From Candidatus Poribacteria bacterium (GTDB lineage Bacteria > Poribacteria > WGA-4E > PCPOR2b), in assembly GCA_965208675.1 (NCBI GenBank), contig OZ242351.1, forward strand, positions 4,672,001 to 4,736,000: DNA of 64,000 bases. Reading direction: 5' to 3'. The number at the start of each line of letters is the position of its first letter. Positions within the stretch are counted from its first letter, which is position 1. A program made the position numbers and the translations under genes. Under the pieces are notes generated by a model. It saw nothing but the letters and a program-made list of their open reading frames with translations, had not been told where the DNA came from and made no database searches. Below, piece by piece: positions 60,724 through 64,000 of this stretch.

Positions 60724-61943
60724 GTTCTCATAGGATTTCTGGCGATCTTGATTGTAGTTAGCACGTAACTGCCATTTACCTTAAATTCGGGTTCCGGGTG
60801 TCCGGCTGCTTTGAGCGACATTCTAGCAATCGGTATTCCCATGCCGTACCGCTGCACAAAACCGAGGTTTTTCATGGCTTCCGCTAAATTGGGGTTACGA
60901 TAGTCGGTAAAACCGGTGTGACCGAAATTCTCGGTGGTCACAGCCCCGAAGGCGCCGCCGGGGCTCAACACCTCAATGCGGTCATTGAACCACGACACAC
61001 GAATCGGCGCATTGGTTGCTTCGTAGCTCCTATGCATCACCGCATTCCGAGTAATCTGTTGCACCGCCATCATGGGATAAAGCGATCTTCGTTGTTCGAC
61101 GTCACTCGTCGTAATATCAACTGCGATGCGGTTGTGAGCGTTTAGTTTATCGTGAAGACGGCGAAGCAGGTCCGGAATTGCGCCGCGAATCTCCTCACTG
61201 TCAATTATATCGTCGGTTAGCGCGCCGCCATCAATTTTGAGGAACTGGACGTATGCGCCGGGAAGAAAATCTTGTGTATTCTTACCAAGCACCAGGATTC
61301 CGAGCACTGTTGCGATTCGTTCATCGCCTGGAGCGATCATTTTAGTTGCAGCCAATCGTTCGTCAGGAGTGCGTTCATTGGCTTCCAATATTTCGGTAGG
61401 GACAACCCGCGGCAGATATTCATTCTCGAACTTCGCAAGATTTAGGTCAGAGATGCCGGCTGTGGGGATAGGATTTATGTCGAAGGGGATGTCTCCATAT
61501 CGCCGCTTTTCGTTGAGAATGCTTTCCTCCTGCGCTGTCGCGATGCCGCGGCGCGGACCAATACGGATATGGATAACACCCTTGTACCGAACCGGCGGCG
61601 AGTTAGATGGTTGCACCGTGACCAATGCAATTTGCCTTGCGCCCAGCACATACTTTTCAACGGCCAGTGAAGGCGGCGGTACGATATTCCCGTCGGTTTT
61701 CATGTCAGCCAATTGGCGGAGCAATTCGTTCGTGTCAGTTAACCCCGCGATAGATTTGTCGTTCCGTACCCCGACGAAAACAAAGCCTGGTTTTTCATGG
61801 CGCGGCAAATCGTTGGCAAATGCACAGATGGCTTCCCTGATTTCTTTCGGGGCACTGCCGGATAGTGACTCTTTGAACTCAACCCGGTCGGCTTCGTCGT
61901 CTTCTATAATTTGCAGCAATTCCTTTTCTGTAAGATTCGGCAT
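60720..61943 (-). CDS. Schlafen/AlbA_2 domain plus HATPase_c_4-like protein
   Basis: E.DRVEFKE, ICAFAND, FVGV; NAVMHRSY, DRIEVLSPG, YRNPNLAEAM..LGFVQRYGMGI. Confidence 0.9.
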   Translation of the reverse strand: MPNLTEKELLQIIEDDEADRVEFKESLSGSAPKEIREAICAFANDLPRHEKPGFVFVGVRNDKSIAGLTDTNELLRQLADMKTDGNIVPPPSLAVEKYVLGARQIALVTVQPSNSPPVRYKGVIHIRIGPRRGIATAQEESILNEKRRYGDIPFDINPIPTAGISDLNLAKFENEYLPRVVPTEILEANERTPDERLAATKMIAPGDERIATVLGILVLGKNTQDFLPGAYVQFLKIDGGALTDDIIDSEEIRGAIPDLLRRLHDKLNAHNRIAVDITTSDVEQRRSLYPMMAVQQITRNAVMHRSYEATNAPIRVSWFNDRIEVLSPGGAFGAVTTENFGHTGFTDYRNPNLAEAMKNLGFVQRYGMGIPIARMSLKAAGHPEPEFKVNGSYVLTTIKIARNPMRT

Positions 61944-62083
61944 ATCAATTTCCGTTCATTTTCGATAAAGTTTACCGACTGTGCTTTCCACTACAACCCG
62001 GTATGTGATGCCATGAATATTTTCCTATTGATGACTTTTTTGGTTGATTATGCTCGAATTGACCGTTGAATCTTGGAAATTCG

Positions 62084-62443
62084 TCAAGTTCTTTCTTCCC
62101 GCCCCAGGAGTGTTTCGACTCTCTGTAGAACGGCGTCTACCGTTGTTGCGGGCAAAGGACAAATCAACTCGGCGTTGCGCGTCCGCCAATCGACGCTCTT
62201 GACCTGATCCGCCAGAATAACGCCCGACACATCCAGCCCGGCGGGGATGGCGACCTCAAAGGGATAACCTTTTTCACGATTGGTAATTGGACACAGAATC
62301 GCCAAGCTGACCTTGCCGTTATAAGCCTTCGGTGAAATCACAACGGCGGGACGGCGTCCGCTCTGCTCGCTGCCGGCGCGGGGATTTGGGTCAAGCCATA
62401 CTGCATCGCCGCGCTGTGGAACGTACTCGGATGGGGCTACCAT
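62084..62443 (-). CDS. mazF: MazF/PemK endoribonuclease toxin
   Basis: YVPQRGD.VWLD.NP..GSEQ.GRRPAVVISP..YN, KGYPFEV, DQVKSVDW. Confidence 0.95.
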   Translation of the reverse strand: MVAPSEYVPQRGDAVWLDPNPRAGSEQSGRRPAVVISPKAYNGKVSLAILCPITNREKGYPFEVAIPAGLDVSGVILADQVKSVDWRTRNAELICPLPATTVDAVLQRVETLLGREERT

Positions 62444-62679
62444 GATTCGCTGCCTACGCTGCCGCCGGTGTCTACTTCACTGTGCAGGTTTTTGTCGGTT
62501 ACCTTAGCCAAAAGGTCATCTAGCGCAAGACTGGCGGGGCTCACTGGAACGATGACCAGATTTGTCCCGCTAAGCGATAAGTCTACGGTTGAGTTGGGTT
62601 CGAGTCCAATTTGGTTTGCCAGCGGCTTGGGAATCCGCAGTGCAAGGCTATTGCCCCATTTCTGTACACGGGTTTCCAT
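62437..62679 (-). CDS. mazE: MazE/AbrB antitoxin
   Basis: VQKWGNSLALRIPK, LDDLLAKVT..NLH.EVD.G..VG.E.W. Confidence 0.95.
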   Translation of the reverse strand: METRVQKWGNSLALRIPKPLANQIGLEPNSTVDLSLSGTNLVIVPVSPASLALDDLLAKVTDKNLHSEVDTGGSVGSESW

Positions 62680-62697
62680 TATATTTCTCCTCTATGT

Positions 62698-62739
62698 CGT
62701 AGATACAATGAGTATACATCATGAATTTGACATTGTCAA
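62698..62739 (-). promoter_or_regulatory. mazEF promoter with overlapping operator-like palindrome
   Basis: Minus strand TTGACA-N17-TATACT; imperfect inverted repeat GTATACTCATTGTATCTAC over the -10; AGGAG RBS. Confidence 0.75.
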
Positions 62740-62850
62740 GACCGAATTAGGGCGCGGTGAGCGGAGTGGGAGGGGTGTCAACGTCCCGATAGTCGGGGCT
62801 GGGAAGCCCCTCCTACAGATATTGTCGAGATATCGGCAATAGGTCTTTGT

Positions 62851-63312
62851 TCAAACGGTTTTAGATGAGAGGGCGAGCAGTTCGCGCAATTTTTCGGACC
62901 GGTAGGCAAAGATTTTCGCTATGTCCGGGGCGACGAAGAGTTTTTGGACGAGCCAGCCACCGAATACCGCGTATTCGACCTCGTCTTTGATCAGTGTGCC
63001 GTCTGGGTTTGCGACGAAGGTATGCTTGTGTATCCAGCGGCGGTAGGGGCCGCGGCGCTGTTCATCGACGAAGGAGTGCGGCGGATCCCATGCGGTAATC
63101 TCGCTCTGCCAGCGGATGGGGATGCCACGCAGCTTCAGGCGGTAGTCGATTAGCGTTCCGACCTTCATGTCAATCGGCGGGGGTGACAATACGTGGAAAT
63201 GCAGCCAAGGGGGCGTAATTTTCGCGAGGTTGTGCGCATCTGAAAAGAAGCTGAATAGTTCGTCCTGCGGCTTCTCGATTAGTTGTACGGTTTTTAGGTG
63301 GTAGGTTTTCAT
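62851..63312 (-). CDS. SRPBCC family protein
   Basis: F.FFSDA.NL..ITPPWL.F, W.SEIT.WDPP..FVDEQRRGPYRRW.H.H.F. Confidence 0.9.
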   Translation of the reverse strand: MKTYHLKTVQLIEKPQDELFSFFSDAHNLAKITPPWLHFHVLSPPPIDMKVGTLIDYRLKLRGIPIRWQSEITAWDPPHSFVDEQRRGPYRRWIHKHTFVANPDGTLIKDEVEYAVFGGWLVQKLFVAPDIAKIFAYRSEKLRELLALSSKTV

Positions 63313-63375
63313 TGATTTTGAGTTTGGTGCGCGACCGGGGATCTTGGGAATTCTTTTGAAGGGGATTAGTCCACG

Positions 63376-63999
63376 TCAGGCAGTAGCGATACCAGCTGAG
63401 CGTAGGGATTTGAGAAGTTTGGAGACGGGTCTGTTTTTCTTTTTGATTGCGAGGGCCGCCTCGCACGCCGCGATTGCGCGTAGTCCTATGGCGTTATCCT
63501 GTGTGGTACGATATAGGGCTGCGCAGATCTTTGCCGCGGCGGTGTGGTATTCGACCGGATCGATACCGTCTGGGTACTCGCTGGACTGAGTCTGGGGAGA
63601 TTCGCCGAGGTGGCTGGCGATACGGTCTAACGCGGCTAAACCCGCGTCCCACGCTTCAGAATTCGCTTCGCAGACGACCTTTAAGTATAGCGGTTTTAGG
63701 GCGGCGTTGTTTAACCAGTACGCCTGTTCGCAGCATTCTGCCGCTTCGCCGTAGACCTCATTGTCCTGGTGCAGCTTCGCCAATTCGCTATAAAACGCAT
63801 GCAGTCCGTCATGGGTAATGGTGTACCTGTTATGCGCGGTGTTCGCAAGCCAACCCCTGTCCTCTAGAAATTCTATGGCGGAGTTTTTGTCATCTTCTGT
63901 AATGATGATGCCGGTCAATAAGTGCATCGCAACAGCGGCGTTTGGGTAGATTCTTGTGCGGCTACTCATCAAGGGATAAGCTTGAACGGGTTTGTCCAT
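63376..63999 (-). CDS. hypothetical helical/TPR-like protein, probably 5'-truncated by window end
   Basis: Open frame up to the window edge, Ala-rich helical pattern, co-oriented with neighbours. Confidence 0.6.
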   Translation of the reverse strand: MDKPVQAYPLMSSRTRIYPNAAVAMHLLTGIIITEDDKNSAIEFLEDRGWLANTAHNRYTITHDGLHAFYSELAKLHQDNEVYGEAAECCEQAYWLNNAALKPLYLKVVCEANSEAWDAGLAALDRIASHLGESPQTQSSEYPDGIDPVEYHTAAAKICAALYRTTQDNAIGLRAIAACEAALAIKKKNRPVSKLLKSLRSAGIATA

Positions 64000-64000
64000 C

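Overview
Bacterial chromosomal window, most likely Candidatus Poribacteria or a relative. This is inferred from seven PhyH-type dioxygenases, WD40/TPR/ankyrin proteins and C-terminal T-T/L-W/L-G-x-I/L-K and NFPNPFNPETWIP motifs. The first 42 kb holds housekeeping and metabolic genes (glnS, htpX, truA, a divergent eno, argC, an ECF transporter, Omp85, a B12 radical SAM), two divergent IS3-family elements and two paralogous secreted 22-aa-repeat proteins. The stretch 42.8-62.7 kb is a decaying defence-like island on the minus strand: mazEF, an AlbA_2/ParA-like/ABC-ATPase trio, an Eco57I-like methyltransferase broken by one stop codon, FRG-TPR, BrnT plus a TPR fusion, two GxxExxY nucleases, an alpha carbonic anhydrase and a PLD-SNF2 helicase. 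The most unusual structure lies at 46.2-53.1 kb. There a ~44-bp repeat (TGTCTGAATC followed by periodic GGATT units) occurs in every intergenic gap, flanks both GxxExxY genes, and was not seen elsewhere in the window, suggesting a nuclease-linked, repeat-delimited cassette array. Intergenic DNA throughout is a mosaic of nested REP/MITE-like modules. No rRNA, tRNA or CRISPR array was recognised. All calls were made by eye from motifs, with no database searches.
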